A stretch of 64,000 bases of DNA from Selaginella moellendorffii (lineage: Eukaryota > Plantae > Lycopodiophyta), in the NCBI RefSeq assembly GCF_000143415.4, contig NW_003314267.1, positions 544,908 to 608,907 of the forward strand, in the 5' to 3' direction. Shown here piece after piece: positions 35,902 through 49,999 of this stretch. The position numbers and the translations under genes were made by a program. Within the stretch, counting starts at the first letter, position 1, and every line of letters begins with the position of its first letter. The notes under the pieces were generated by a model. It made no database searches. It was not told the DNA's origin and worked only from the letters and a program-made list of their open reading frames with translations.

Positions 35902-37186
35902 GAACTAAGTACTTTTTCAGCGATTGCAATGGTGGGAAGCTAGATCCATCCAAGGAGCACACACCAGAGAAACTTTGTGGCAATCCAATAGTTCATGAGC
36001 AAGATCCAAATGTTCAAATTTCAAAATATGGTTCAAGTTTGGGGCTTTGGGGTCCATGGTTGTTAAGACTGCTTCTAAGGACACTAGCTGCACAGAACTT
36101 CAATGGCAAAGTCCTCTTCTTCCTCATTCACTTGGGGTTTGGAGTTTTGGGGTTTAGAGAGCCAAGCTTCACCTAAGGAGGGTACAACTTGCTTGGCACC
36201 ATTACAGCTGGTCATTTGAACATGCAAAGGACACTATTCTCTAACACACACCAAGTCCTTCAAACTACATTGCAACACTTCCCTACCTTCCGATTGCATA
36301 CCTAGTTCCAATTGGCAATGGAACAACTTTCAATGGCACACCAAAGTCCCAATTTGTACAATACAACTGTGTTGGCCAATTCCTTTCTTGCCTTGGTTGT
36401 GAATTCACCATGATCAAAGCACTCGAAGCACCCCACTTAGATGTATGGGATGTTTTGAGGGGCACAATTCATATTAGAGGCTGCATTAAGCTAGCTTGTT
36501 GGAGTGCGAAAACGTTCGGATCCTAGAGGAGTGGCCCACCTTTGGTCATGATTCCTGATGGATAGCACCAAGGGTATGGCTATACTGGTATGAGGCCATG
36601 GGATTGGTATAGTGGCACTACACTTGCACGGCCTGATGGGAGGCTAGAAACAGCAATCCTAGTTAGAGGGGATCGGTCACACAGCAGTGAGGAGAGGACT
36701 TCCAAGCAGCAATAGCATCACCATTACTGAAGATTGTACATTTCCTCCTCAGTTCACCGCACTATAGGATCCAAAACTATACATCTTTAGGGGCTTTTTA
36801 TATCTCTGGGAAACTGTAGGCACCATAAATTAAAAATAATTAAAACTAAAAATAATTTGCAAGGGCAATCACAATCAACTCAAGTCCCTCATATCGATAG
36901 ACGCAATGAGGTTGGGGACTATGGATAAGGTACAAAGTTCACCACCACTATGGATAGGGAGCACGTGTTTGTGGAGTGAGTGGTACGGATCTAGGCTACA
37001 CAGGACTAGACTCTAGTTCCTTGATCTGATCTGCATAGAACCGAGCTCTAGTTCCATTAATCCCCCTTTCATCACTACCCCCCATATGCTCTTTTTTGGT
37101 TTCAAGCATGTCAAAGTTGGACCTCTATGGGTTTTAAGAGGATAAATATGAAAAACTCTATTAGACAAACTTAGACTACTCATTTC

Positions 37187-38365
37187 ACGAGGAGGTGCCA
37201 AAGTGGACTGGCAATCGGTCACACTACCCAAGCAAAAAGGAGGACTGAACATAATCAATATTGAGGAACAATAAAAGGCAATCCTTTTCAAGATCCTTAT
37301 GAGGATGCTAATGCCAGGCAACCAACCTTGAAGATTGCTACTACAACACTAGTTCCTCAAGGTCCTCTTAGATTGCTAAGAACACACATGACAAGACTAC
37401 GGACCAAACAAATAATGGATGTTCTTAGATGCCAAACTCAAAATGCTAGGTGCCAACACCTTCACAAGGAAGCTTTTCAAGGCTTGGTACCAACTTAAGT
37501 CTAAATTACAACACAAACAGCCATGGATCAAGGAACATCTAGATCGACAGCCAATTTTCCTTAGCAAATTGTTCTATGTCGAGGGAAAAATACTCGGTGA
37601 AATGGAATATAGAGGCCTAGACCAAACCTGCAAGGACCTACACAAAGTGGGCTTATGCACGTATATAGAGGTCGATACCATGATCCAAGAGCACCAAACA
37701 ACCAACAACTACGATTGGATCAAAGCCTTCTACAGCCTAGACTTTTTAGAACATAGGATTTGAAAATTCCGAACTGCCTTCTGTAAAGCCCAACGGGTGT
37801 GCCTTGAGACATTACAAATAATTGACATGTCACTTCATCGATGGTGGAAGCTAAACGACACTATCATTTGCACACTCCCAAGCAAGACCTCTAACCTGAT
37901 CTTTGAGGTGGGACATGTGGGATGACTTCTTCCCATCAATACCCCAAAATATGAGGATCTTCTTGATATGACCACTACCCAACCTATCTGTGTCATCCAA
38001 ATGGAGAAGAAGACAGGACACATAGACCTAACAATTTTGGAGCAATAGTATGCTAGACTCTATTGGTTCTGCCACCAAATCCTAGACGAACTATAATGGG
38101 AGTTGGTGGAGTGGGAATGGAAGGACACATGCAAGGTGTTCTTTCAATATAAGACCAAGCTCGGCCGATGAATGATCTACCTCCCGATGCATTCTACTTT
38201 TATCCAAAAAGCAAGAGCCTAGCAGATCCCCCCGCCCCCCCAGAACCACCCAAAGTGTGTGAACAGGATTTGGAAAGGCCATTGGTCTACCAAAAATTGC
38301 TATCTAATATGGCTAACCCAACAAGAATAGCCACCTTTGCAAACTTGTGTTGGAAACATCAATAG
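37187..38365 (+). mobile_element. L1-type LINE ORF2 C-terminal remnant
   Basis: GGAKVDWQSVTLPKQKGGLNIINIEEQ*KAILFK matches the post-RT KVxW..PK..GGL motif of plant L1 elements. Confidence 0.75.
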
Positions 38366-38379
38366 TAACTAGCTATACT

Positions 38380-38570
38380 AAGGAAATTGCATAACTCTGC
38401 TATTGAAGTTGGTGTAAACTAGTTCTCCACCACAGCCACTGTCCTTGGATCCATTTTGACACCCTTAAATGTCACAATATGGTCTAGATACTCCACCTTT
38501 AACTTTGCAAACTCATATTTCTACTTCTTCACATAAAGTTTACTATCAAACCATCTAGCACCTTAGAATG
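38380..38570 (-). mobile_element. Ty3/gypsy reverse transcriptase fragment
   Basis: KLYVKK*KYEFAKLKVEYLDHIVTFKGVKMDPRTV...ELCNFL. Confidence 0.75.
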
Positions 38571-39469
38571 TGTTTCTATTAGTATCATATAAAAAACACA
38601 TACTTGAAGCAACATGTAAAACACCCAAATTTAGCTACCAGCAGAGACATATAATTATAATCCTTAATATCCCTAAGTGGCTTCTCCTTAACATTGATGA
38701 CAACTTGAAGCACAACTCTAGTTCTCCTTTAGTGTTTTATATAAGAGAATTGTAGTTGTGGAAAGAGACATGAAGAATTTCTCACTAGGAACTACTCTAG
38801 TGACTAGCTGGGACAGCATCAATCTCACAGCCGACCTAGAGGTGTTTACACAAAATCAAGAGTTCAAAGTCATCCACTGCAGGTAAAATGAACACCTTCA
38901 AAAAAGCTTGCCTAGCCATGGCAGTATGGCTACCATTGTGAGAGCCAACTTGTCACATGTTGAAACCCAATGTAGAACCTGAAAAACCTGAGAGTTTTTC
39001 CTTCCTCGACTTTATTTGCTATGTCTCTAAAGAGCTAGATGCTATTAGCTAAAGCACTCTCAAGCTTCTCTGCAGAAAGGAGAAAGAACTAATGTACAGC
39101 TTTCTGGATCATGCTGTGTTAGTCACTCCTCTCCGGCTTGGGTGGAGTGAGCTCACACCTGGAGCTCTTGGGTCTCCATCTTTGGTGCTGGGTGGCCACT
39201 GACCACCAAAACATTCCAGTGCCACAAAGATCCCACAAGGATCCTCTCTCTACAATTGCCTCTTCTTGTTGAGGAAGAAAAACTTGCCTGAAGAAACTCC
39301 TAGCAATCATCAAGCTCCTCGCTTGCATTCCCAAACCCTAGACACATCCTCCTCCCCAAGTTGCATTTTGAGCACATATCTTCCTCCTCCACAGCCATCA
39401 CCAGCCCTGCCACGCATGATCCCCTCTCCTACTTATTGCCTAGCATATGCTGCCCAGTTAGCAAGCACT

Positions 39470-40680
39470 ATTTTGATTATCATAGTATCAAACATTAGCA
39501 TCATTATTTGCGGTTATTCAAGGCAAGTGTTTGAGAAAACCCAGTGAAGAATCTTGTCAGCTGGAATGTTGCTATTGCAGCAATTGCCACAGCTAGGGAG
39601 CTGGAGGAGGCATGGCAATTATTTGATGGGATGCCTTTTTACAGTCTCATGTCATGGACAACAATGATCACTACATATGCAGATTGTGGAATGGTTGATG
39701 AAACAAAAAATTAGTTTCTTGCACTGGCGCACAGAGACGTCATCTGCTGGAAGGTAATGCTTTTGTGCTATGCCCAAACCTGGCATCTGAAAGAAGCCAT
39801 TGCCCTCTTCAATGAGATGCCAAAGCAAGATGTTTCGTTGTATAAAACTATGATATCAGTTTTGCCATCAAGAAATTATTTAGAAAATGTGAAGGATCTA
39901 TTTGATACTATGCCATTATGAACTATAGCCGCTTGGAACTTTCTGATTATGGCAAATGCTGAGAATGGGCAAAGTGAAAAAGGTGGCCATTGTTTTCTTT
40001 GAGATGCCTGAGTGGGACTGCTGCTCATGGAACAGCCTCTTGGGTGCGATTGCGGAGTCTAGGAGGATTGATGATGCAATCGTGATGTTTCAGAGAATCC
40101 CTTTCAAAGACACAGTTTCATGGAACCTGATGATTGTGGCAATAGGTTCCCGCGGCCATATCCACGAGGTGCAAGCTCTCTTTGCTGTGATGCCACAGAG
40201 AAACATTGTCTCATGGAGCACAATGATCAGAGCTTGTGAGCAGTAGGGACTGGCTGTGGACACAAAGATTGTGTTTGATTCCATGGAGTCTCAAGACACG
40301 GTCTCGTGGAATTCACTTCTGGCAGCTTACCTTGCGAGCGATTGAGTGGGTGATGCTAGAAAAGTGTTTGATTCCATACGTGATTGAGATGCGGTGTCAT
40401 GGACATCGATGATCTCCACCCACACTGCACGGGGCCAGATGTGCGCTCTTCGATTCCATGCCATGGTGAGTTGTGGTGTGTGGAATGCAATCATCTCCGG
40501 CTACACAAGGAGCAGCAATCTAGATGAGGCACAGCTTTCCTTTGGTCAGATGCCCCATTGCAACACTATGACAATCAATGCCATGGTTGCAAAGCTTGCA
40601 TTTGGTGGTAGGATTCAAGACCTACAGTCCGGGAGGATTGAGGAAGCCAGGGCACTGTTTGATCACTTGAGCCTGGAGAA
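39470..40680 (+). pseudogene. PLS-class PPR pseudogene, 5' part
   Basis: Repeated F..MP..D.VSWN motifs with stops and frameshifts. Confidence 0.85.
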
Positions 40681-43503
40681 TTGGGACAATCAGAGCAAGA
40701 TTTCTTTGTAACGAAGCTTACGGGCCATGCTTCTTCGTGGTGGAAGAACTACATCAAAGCTAATCTGAAGCCAACTTCTTAGACTGATTTGACAAAGGTT
40801 TTCTGTGCTTTATTTGTCAAGAATTTTGAAGAGGTTGATCTCATGAATCAGTTGTTAGAGATCCGGCAGGGGACTTTGTCTTTGGATGTGTATGCCCGCA
40901 AGTTCCATGATCTTTGCCTTAGTCTCACAGGCACCTATAATGAGCTGCTAAAGGTGCAATGTTTTATTAAAGGATTGAACTTGGTGGATGTGTAACAGAA
41001 GGTCAAGAAGGATTTTCCAGCAACATTGACTGATGCTATCACTAAAGCTCAGATATTTTCGCCCGAACCATCAGTCAACTCGGTCAACTCTGGTGGTCTA
41101 CGGGGTGGTCAACGTGATGACCAGCTCACCAATGCCTCATATTCGGGGAAGAAACAGCCATTGTTCCATTGTGGCTCAAAAAATGAAGATGGCAGTGAGG
41201 CTATGAAACTTTGTTTGGACCAGCGAGAGAAAGACAAAGCAGAAGGCAATTGTTTTCGTTGCCATAGGGTTGGACATCAGAGCAAGGATTGTTTTGAAGG
41301 GGTCAATGAATGATAAGGTGACTGTGGTGGAAATTATAGGCAATGATGTCAGTGATAGTGCTTTTGGGGCCGTATTGTTTCAAGTTAGGCATTCTCTCGC
41401 ATTCATGAGTCACAAGTTTGATGCCACACAACAGAATTGACGTACTCGAGAATAGTGACATTCTCTATATAGATCGGACTTCCATGTGGATTCAAACCAT
41501 TAGTCTCTCCAATATTTCAGTCGACAAAAGGATCTTCGAGGCCGCTTTGCTCGTTGGCAAGAGTTCATGCAGGAAATATCTGTTAAGATCTGGTACAAGC
41601 ATGGAGGTGACAATAAGGTGGCTGATGTGTTATCTAGGATGGTAAATTCTATCTCGTTCGTGAAGCTATCCAACGATCTCTTGGATGAGCTTAAGGAGTT
41701 TGTTGACTTCGACTCCTTTATCACTGATATTCGCGCGAAGGTTTTGTTGAGGGATGCTTCTACAGATTTGAAGGGTGACAAATTTACATCATTCAAAATA
41801 GAAGATGGAATCCTGGTGAAGAAGGGACTTGTAGTGGTTCCTCGTGTTGACAAACTCATCAAACGGATTTTGGTTGAGTGTCATGATGTGCCAAGTGCTG
41901 GGCATCCGGGGGTATTGAGAATGTATATGTTGGTGAAGAGGCATTTCTTTTGGCCTGGGATGAAGTCAGATGTTGAAAAGTACATATGTGGTTGCTTGAC
42001 CTACCAAGCGGTCAAAGTTGACTGGCCTCTATCATCCTTTACGTGTACCTAAGAATAAGTGGGATAGCATATTGATGGACTTTATCACTGGTTTGCCCAA
42101 AACTTTTCGAAGAAATAATGCTATTTGGGTTGTTGTGGATCATTTGACAAAGATAGCTCACTTCTTCTCTGTGAAGACAACGATAAAAGCTTCTGAACTT
42201 GCTTAGTTGTTTGTAGACCAATTATTTAGTCTTTATGGTTTGCCGGGTGACATTGTGAGTGATCGGGATCCTAAGTTCACGTCCAAGTTTTGGCAAACGG
42301 TCTTTGAGAAGGTAGAGACTAAGCTGAGCATGAGTAGTGGTGAGCATCCAGCAGACAAAGCGCATGAATCAACTATTAGAAGATATGCTACGGTCTTTTG
42401 TGGGAAACTTGACTCGATAGGAAGTATGGGAAAAATACTTGCCTTTGCTTCAGTTTGCTCACAATAGTGCTCATCAATCAGCTATTGGCATGTCTCCTTT
42501 TATGGCAATGTATGGCTATGAGCCTAGGTCTCCTATGAGTTTGAATTTGGCTTTGGTTCGGGTTCCTCATGCTTGTGATTTCCTGGAGGATATGCAAGAC
42601 AAGCTTGAGTTGACAAAATTGAACATGAGGCAAGCTCAAGAACGAGACAAAAGATTGGCTGATGAGCATTGTCGTCATCAAGAGTACAAAGTTGGTGACA
42701 AGGTTTTCCTTAAGCTGTTAGATGCACAACGGTCTTTGAAAGGAGGTGGCAGTGCTAAGTTGTCTCCACGGTATTGTGGGCTTTTGACAATTTTACAGCG
42801 TGTGGGGGATCTTGCATACACTTTAGACTTGCTAGTTAATTTGAAGATTCATCCAACGTTCCATGTGAGCAAGCTTAAAGTGTGTTTGCACTTTGGTGAT
42901 ATCGTGGATCAGTCCATCATCCAGGTTCCAGAGATTGATGCAGAGAAGGCTGGTCTGGCCAATATTCTTGCTCAAAGATTGGTGAAAACACGCCGGAAGA
43001 CAACTAGGGAGTCGTTAGTTCAGTGGAATGGTTATTCCATGGACGAAGCTACATGGGAAATTGAGGATGACATGAAGAGAGTGTTTCTGAGTTTTGGTTA
43101 TGACTTGGATGACATTTTTGAGGAAGGGGAGAATTGAGTTTTATAGCCGTATTGCTATATGATTTGAGCTATTTGTTCTATTCTTGTTCTCTTGTTTCCA
43201 TGACTGTATTGTTATGTGAGAAAGCTGTATTGCTTTCTTTCTTTCATGACTGTTTGTCACAATGTTGGTGTTGCTGTTTGCACATCTTTTCTCCATGGCC
43301 GTATTGCATTAGACTCCTTTCATGTGAGGCTATTTAGCTTCTCGAGGCTACTGTATGTGGCTGGGTCATGAAGGAGGGGAAAATGACACAAACCACAAGA
43401 ATATTCCAAGAATATTCTATGGCCTGTGGGATTTAAGGCCATAACGCCTTAAGGGTTGGGAGGTTGGCCTAGGGTTCGCTCTCTTGTTCATTTCACTACA
43501 TCA
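40680..43503 (+). mobile_element. 5'-truncated, internally deleted chromovirus (Ty3/gypsy)
   Basis: gag with zinc knuckle CFRCHRVGHQSKDC; RNase H tail NKVADVLSR; integrase H2C2 (ECHDVPSAGHPG) and core (MDFITGLP, VSDRDPKFTS); IHPTFHVSKLK; chromodomain LVQWNGYSMDEATWE; PPT ~43120-43133; 3' LTR ~43135-43503; protease and RT missing. Confidence 0.9.
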
Positions 43504-45235
43504 TGGAATCAATTCTTGTGGAATGCCATGCTCTCTACCTTCGCATCAAACAGCCATCTTGACCATGCAAAGCTGTTGTTTGATCTAATGCCCGAATGGG
43601 ATGTTGCTTCATGGTCGATCATGATCACTGCCTTCTCCAGGCATGGCTTACTCCTACAGTCAAAAGAAGTTTTCAATTCCATGAGAGAGAGAGGCCTTGT
43701 AGCATGGAATGCAATGATCTTAGCATATGAGACAAACAGGCATTTGGATAAAGCAATGCAGCTCTTTGAGCTTATGCAGAAAGGAGCTTAATCTCTTGAT
43801 CCATAATTCTATCCAAATCCACCAACTTCTTTTAAATAACGACACTCTTCAGCTCCATGCCTGAGAGAGATCTTGTTGCTTGGAACTCTCAGCTATCAGC
43901 ACTTGGCCAAGCTGGGCATTTGCAGGAGGCGAAGGACATCTTCTCCAACATGCCAAAATTTGATGCTCTGTCTTTTACGTCCATGATTCAGTGCTTTGGC
44001 CAGCACGGCCTTTTGGAAGATGCCAAGTATTTCTTCCTCGCACTGCCTCACAAGGATTTGGTTGCCTGCACGGTTTTTCTTGTTGTCTTGGTGGAAAGTG
44101 GCTGCTTTCACAAGGCAAAGAATCTGTTTGAGTCGATTGAGTGTATAGATGTGGTTTCATGCGCGGTAATCCTGTCCGCTTACGCAGATCACAACGACAG
44201 TAGCATCGCTGAGGCTGAGCAAATCTTTTACACCATGCAGCGCCACAACACGTTTGCTTGCACTGCAATCCTGCGCTTGTATTCTCGGCAAGGACAGACT
44301 CACGACGCCGAAGCCATATATTTAGGTCTGCCTGATCAAGGCGAGCATTTAGTCCCGGCAACCGCTCTCATTACAGCATATGCTTGCAATGGGCATCTGA
44401 AAAAAGTACAGAAACTCTTTGATGGAATGAAGGAGCGAAACGAGGTTACGTGGACTGCCATGCCGACAGGATATGTAAACAACCACAGGCTAGAGGACGC
44501 CCTGTGGAATTTTGAGAAAATGCCGGGTCACAGCGAGATACCAGTGATTGTGCTCATGTCGGGGTATGCCCGAAGTGGACATATGCTTTTTGCTAAGAGA
44601 ATTTTTGACAACTCCAGTGAAAAGAGTGCTATTGCTTTCAATGCTCTCTTGTCTGGTTTTTCATCAAATTCGCAGTTACTGGAAGCCAAAAGTGTGTTCG
44701 ATTCAATCCAAGAAAGAAATCAATCTTCATGGAGTGCAATGCTTTCTGCATATACCCAAAACGGGCATCTGGATATGGCAAATCGGATGTTCTTAACAAT
44801 GCCGGACAAGGATTTCATATCTTGCTGGCAGCATACTCTTGGATTGGGGCCATTTCCAGAGCCTTGGATGCCTTTCAAACCATGGTCACTACTAATACAC
44901 CTGATGAAGCTAGGTTAACAGCTTTGCCCACGTCATGTGCTCACAAAGGCACTGCTGCCATAGCTTGGGATCTCTTTGTGTCTTTCCAGTTTGATCACTC
45001 CATCAAACCCTCAAAGCAGCACTACTCGTGTATGATTGGTGTGCTTGTCTGGTCAGGGTATATCCAAGACGCTGAGAATCTTCTGTGGGAGATGCCATAC
45101 TACCCAGATTCCATGCATTGGAAGTGCTTGCTTGGAGCTGTAGTGAGTGGAGATGCAATGAAAAATGCCATTAGTGTGGAGCCTAGTAACAGTGCTGCAT
45201 ATGTTCTTATTGCCAATTCTCACATAGTTACATAG
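43504..45235 (+). pseudogene. PLS-class PPR pseudogene, 3' part ending in an E-type domain
   Basis: ORFs 43456-43791, 43857-44918 and 44729-45235; KPSKQHYSCMIGVL...MPYYPDSMHWKCLLGA...EPSNSAAYVLIAN; frameshifts. Confidence 0.88.
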
Positions 45236-45299
45236 CTTAGATATTTTCAAGAGATTATATCAATTTTTACAACTATATCAAATTTTCTTACAAGGTGTC

Positions 45300-45715
45300 A
45301 TGGTTTTTGTTGGCTATTTGATCGGCATTTATACCCATGGAATCCATATGGAACTCCAGCAGGCAACTCTAGAAAAGCCACTGTCTCAAGCGTGGGCGAT
45401 TTGGCATCTATGACCAAAAGCTCCAAGACACCATTTTTCTCATCATGGATGTAGCTTAAGACGTATCCATCACCTTCCTCCTCGCCATTCGCCACAAAAC
45501 TTACCACGTTTGAATCTCCTTGATGCCACAATGCACAGCTCCTTGAGGTCCAGGTCACTTGTTCTGTCAATTACCACACTGGACAGCCGTGGAGCGTCCA
45601 GATCAACCTTGGCCAGGCCCGAGAATTTGGGCCATGGCCCATAGTTGTAGATGTACCGGTTCTTCTGCCCCAGGAGTTTCTGGTTGATCTTTCCAAAATC
45701 CAGTCCCACCAAGCA
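45300..45715 (-). pseudogene. Carotenoid cleavage dioxygenase (NCED/CCD4-like) C-terminal fragment
   Basis: LDFGKINQKLLGQKNRYIY, PWPKFSGLAKVDL, EGDGYVLSYIHDE, ELPAGVPYGFHG; frameshift near 45500. Confidence 0.88.
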
Positions 45716-46439
45716 CACATGTTGCTTCCACGACCGAGATTGAGATAGTTATCCTTACCTCAAAACCAAATTTTAAGAGTGGTTGTACAAGTGATTGTTG
45801 TGTGGCTTGCTGCTTGGATAATTTCTGGGGGATTTCACTTTGTAAGTGAATTCAATATAACCAATAGTCATGTAGAACAGTGTGTCCTTGGAAAGTCTGA
45901 ACGTTCTTAGTTTTGAAGTGTGGCAGGACTAGATTCTTAGTTGCGGGGAAAAAATTCTCTCCATAATTTATATGGATCTATGCTTAGAACTAATGTTAAG
46001 AAAACATAATATGTGATTCCCACAGGCAAAGCTTTTGTACCAGTGTGACATCACGGTTTGAAGAATCTGTACCGATCATGATCGCATATTAATTTACAGC
46101 CCCACTTTCGACATGCATCCCATAGCTGCAAAGACGATGGTGGTGTAGGTCAAGACACTAATCTCCGAATTGATGATTGTTTCTACAACTCTCAAGGCAC
46201 TAGCCAAGATTGCATCAACAGATATGCTTTTTTTCTCATAGAGAGCAATGTATGGTCAAGAGGTTTTATTGGATGGAATAAAAAAGTGTAGCAATCTATC
46301 TGCAGCTTGTAAGCTTCACAATGAGATCAAGCACGTCGTTGTGGCAGGAGATTCTTTGGCATCCAATTTTCTGGTGCAAATGTATGGGAGGTGTGGATGA
46401 CCCGAGGCAGCATGGCAAGTATCTAGATCGAGGAGTGGA

Positions 46440-47402
46440 ATGCCATGCCACATCAAACAGCCATCTTGACCAAGAAAAGCAGTTGTTTGATCGAATGGGA
46501 CCTTGCTTCATGGTCGATCATGATCATGTTAGAGGTAGAGATGATGTGGCATGTAGTTATGCCCACGTGGCAGTAGTTCCATGTATATGTACCATCTATA
46601 TACAGTTGAATATAGAGAGAGAGAAAGTTCTTGTTCCTCATGTGCATCTCTCCATTGCTAACATGGTATCTAAGCAATTGGCTCCTTGATTTTGGGCATG
46701 GCGCTTGCTGGCCAAGAGGCCAGTGACGAGGAGGAGGATGAGCCTCTTGATTGCAATCCCTTTTTGCAATGCTTGAAGCTTTTTTTGGATGTGCTAGATG
46801 CTTGAGGCATTGCATCAAGGCACTAGGCCGTGTAGAGGCGTTGAGCAGCAAGCAGTAGCAAGTAGAGCATAAAGCCAGTGGGAGATTGAGAGATTTCAGC
46901 AACCCACATCAAAAATTGGATCAAGCAAGATTCAAGAACATTGCATAACAGCAATTGGGAAGGATGCTTATGGAGATTCAAGTGCTTGGTAGCAGTAGAA
47001 GTGGGAGCCTGGCAGTTCATAGCCAAGACCACATGCTAGTGGCAAGATTGAAGCCATAGCAAGGAGCAAAGAGTGTGCAAGCAAGTTCAAGACCAAGAAC
47101 CAAATTTTGGGTTGATTGATGAGTTTTTCATATGCTTTTCTCATCAACTCTCCATGCTCATCATCTCAGACTAGCTAGGCACGATTAGATTCAGGCTCGG
47201 ATCAGCCGCCTGATCGTGAGTGGGAGTGTTAAAGGTAGACATGATGTGGCATGTAGTTATGCCCATGTGGCAGTAGTTCCATGTATATGTACCAGTTGAA
47301 TACAGAGAGAGAGAAAGTTCTTCCTCCTCATGCGCATCTCTCTACTGCTAACAGATCATTGCCTTCCCTTGGCATGGCTTACTACTGTTTTTTATTCCAT
47401 GA

Positions 47403-47436
<34 letters not shown>

Positions 47437-48150
47437 CAGAGAGGCTGAAATACAATGATAGTATGCCACAAACAGGCATTTGGATAAAGAAATGCATCTT
47501 TGAGCTTATGCCAGAAAGGAGCTAATCTCTTAGACCACAATTCTATCAAAGACAACCAACATATGCCAATTAAGGACTCTGTTTATGCCGAGAGATCTTG
47601 TTTCTTGGAACTCTCATCTAGCAGCAACTGCCCAAGCTGGGCATTTGCAGGAAGTGAAGAACATCTTTTCCAACATGCCAGAGTTTGCTCCTCTGTCGTT
47701 CATGCCCAGTGCTTTGGCCACCCTCATAAGGATTTGGTTGTGTCCATTTCTTTTCTTGTCATCTTGGTGGAAAGTGGCTGCTTCACAAGTCCATTGTCTT
47801 GTGCTGTGCTTGCACAGATCACGACGACAGTCGAGGCTGAGCAGAATTTTTACAGCATGCAGTGTTTATGCTGCAGTTGTATTCTCAAGAATTGACTCAT
47901 GACACTGAAGCCATATATTTAGGTCTGCCTGATCAAGGCAATCATTTAGTTTGGGAACATCTAAAGAATCTCTTTGATGAATGATGAGACAAGGTTACGT
48001 GGACTGCCATGCTGACAGGGTATGTTAACTACCAGAAGTTGGAGGAAGTGTTCGAAACAATGCCAATCACAGCGTGATAGCAGATTGTGCTCTTGCCCGA
48101 AATGGACGTATGCTTTTTGCGAAGAGAATGTTTGACAACTCCAATGTTCT
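46440..48150 (+). pseudogene. Degraded duplicate of the 43.5-44.6 kb PPR segment (interrupted by a TRIM)
   Basis: Shared sequence such as catcaaacagccatcttgacc, gagagatcttgtt, ggtctgcctgatcaaggc. Confidence 0.8.
46527..47353 (+). mobile_element. TRIM
   Basis: LTRs 46527-46663 and 47227-47353 (TGTTA..TAACA); PBS tggtatctaagc at 46664; PPT tgagtgggag; perfect TSD GATCA (46522-46526, 47354-47358). Confidence 0.92.
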
Positions 48151-48709
48151 TGAATATGCTATCATAATAAGGAGGGAGTGCTGAACTTTCTGGGCTGGCG
48201 GATCCAGCCAATGGCAGCTGTCCAATAGGGGGTAATTGTAAAAGGGTTATTTCTTTAACCATGTCTTAGTGAATAATTGTGTTGATGTTTGCTCCTAGCC
48301 AATGGGAGGCAGCCAAACTGCGTGAGAGAAGAAGGTGTAGCAACATGTGTCACATGCATGTGTTCTGTAGCAGATCTCACTAGAGTTCCAACCCTTATGC
48401 TGGAGCTTGTGGAAAAGATCCAGTGCCAATCAATGCAATTTGAGATTGTGGGCAATGCCAGTCTAGGAGACTAGATTTGGATCTGGCATGGCATGGAAGA
48501 TCGCAATCAAGATGGCCGAATTGGATGTAGCTCATGAGGATGGTGTTCAAGGACATTGGTTGCTCTCTCTTGCCCTGGAGAGGAGGATCTTTGTCTTGCG
48601 CAAATGCCCATTCGAGGCCAATGCTTTGATCATGGCATTGTAGCTCGATTTGGGAGAAGATCTGCCATACCTCCGCAACATCCACGATTTGGGCATATGC
48701 ATCGATGAT

Positions 48710-49215
48710 CTTCACCTTATCCTCACAAGGATTGTGAGACCAACAACTTTCCCACAATTCCAACCAAGAATCAACCTCTTGACTATCACAAACATCTGGT
48801 GATGACTTCCATTCCATAATACCATAATCCTTGGCATGCTTGACGTACCAATGGTAATCATAGACATGAGATCGATTCAATCCTTGAGGGTCCATGTGAA
48901 GCAAGAAATCCTTAATGAGATTGACAGAATCCTTAACCTCCTTTATGTCACTCTAAACTGCAGAAATCTAGCGTTCTTGCCACACAACGACATCATCAAG
49001 AGTCTCTTCCGCATCGTCATAGCTATCATCACTAATGCCATACTCCTCATCAGGATCAATCTCTTGCTCACCTGCCATCCCCAAAAGAACGTGCTGCTCT
49101 GATACCAATGAGATGATTAAGAGAGCAAACCCTAGGCCAACCTCCCAACCCTTAAGGCATTACGGCCTTAAATCCCACAGGCCATAGAATATTCTTGAAA
49201 TATTCCTGTGGTTCA
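48710..49215 (-). mobile_element. Partial 5' LTR + PBS + gag N-terminus of the chromovirus family seen at 40.7-43.5 kb
   Basis: 49110-49215 is the reverse complement of LTR part ~43390-43490; gctctgatacca at 49097-49108; acidic gag-like start and EVDSWLELWE. Confidence 0.75.
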
Positions 49216-49441
49216 TGTCATGTAGAGCCATGGAAGATTTGCCATGCTGCCTCTGGGCATCCACACCTCCCATACATTTGCACCACCAAATTGCATGCCA
49301 AGCTCTTGCCGCGAGGAGGTGCTCAATCTCATTGTGGAGCTTAGAAGCTGTGGATAGATTGGTTCACTTCTTTATTGCATCCAACAAAAGCTCTCAAAAA
49401 TCTAGTGCTAATATGGTTCTCTGTAAGAAAAAACCATATAA

Positions 49442-49830
49442 TCATGCACAATCTTGGATGGTTCCTTGGTTGTTGTAGAAACAATCATCAATTCGGAAAT
49501 TAGTGTCATGATCCGCACCACTGTTGTCTTTGCACATCGCATAGTAGACCAACTTTGGGATGGTTTCATTGTTATACAAGTAACCTGTGGGCGTGCATAT
49601 CTCTAAGAAATTTGTCCTGCCACACTTTAAATTCCCATTATCATTGTGGATGTGATTGTCCAAGACCAAATAAATCTGAGATTTTTCAGGGAGACACCAT
49701 TCTAAATGAATATAGATTAGGGTGAATTCAAATATAGGACAAGTAAGTGAGAAATCCCCACACCCAAATGTTTTAGGAATGATCAAAGTAGCAAGCGAGG
49801 CAACAATAGAAACTATCAATTGCACACCCA
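49442..49830 (-). CDS. Putative secreted Cys-rich protein (fragment); diverged inverted paralogue at ~45780-46220
   Basis: Hydrophobic N-terminus MGVQLIVSIVASLATLII, multiple Cys; shared CKD..G...TN.RIDDCFYN.QGT.QDC in both copies. Confidence 0.4.
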
Positions 49831-49999
49831 TTCTAAAAATTAGTTTTCTGGAAGTACAAATGCTGAGATTTATTGGCAAGGGAAAATCCAATCAACCTTT
49901 ATGAAGCAAAATTTTTTGCCATGTAGTCCATGTAAGATTCGGTGGTGAAGTAGCTAAATATTCTTATTGATGAACAAACATGTTCGAGAACATTAGGGT

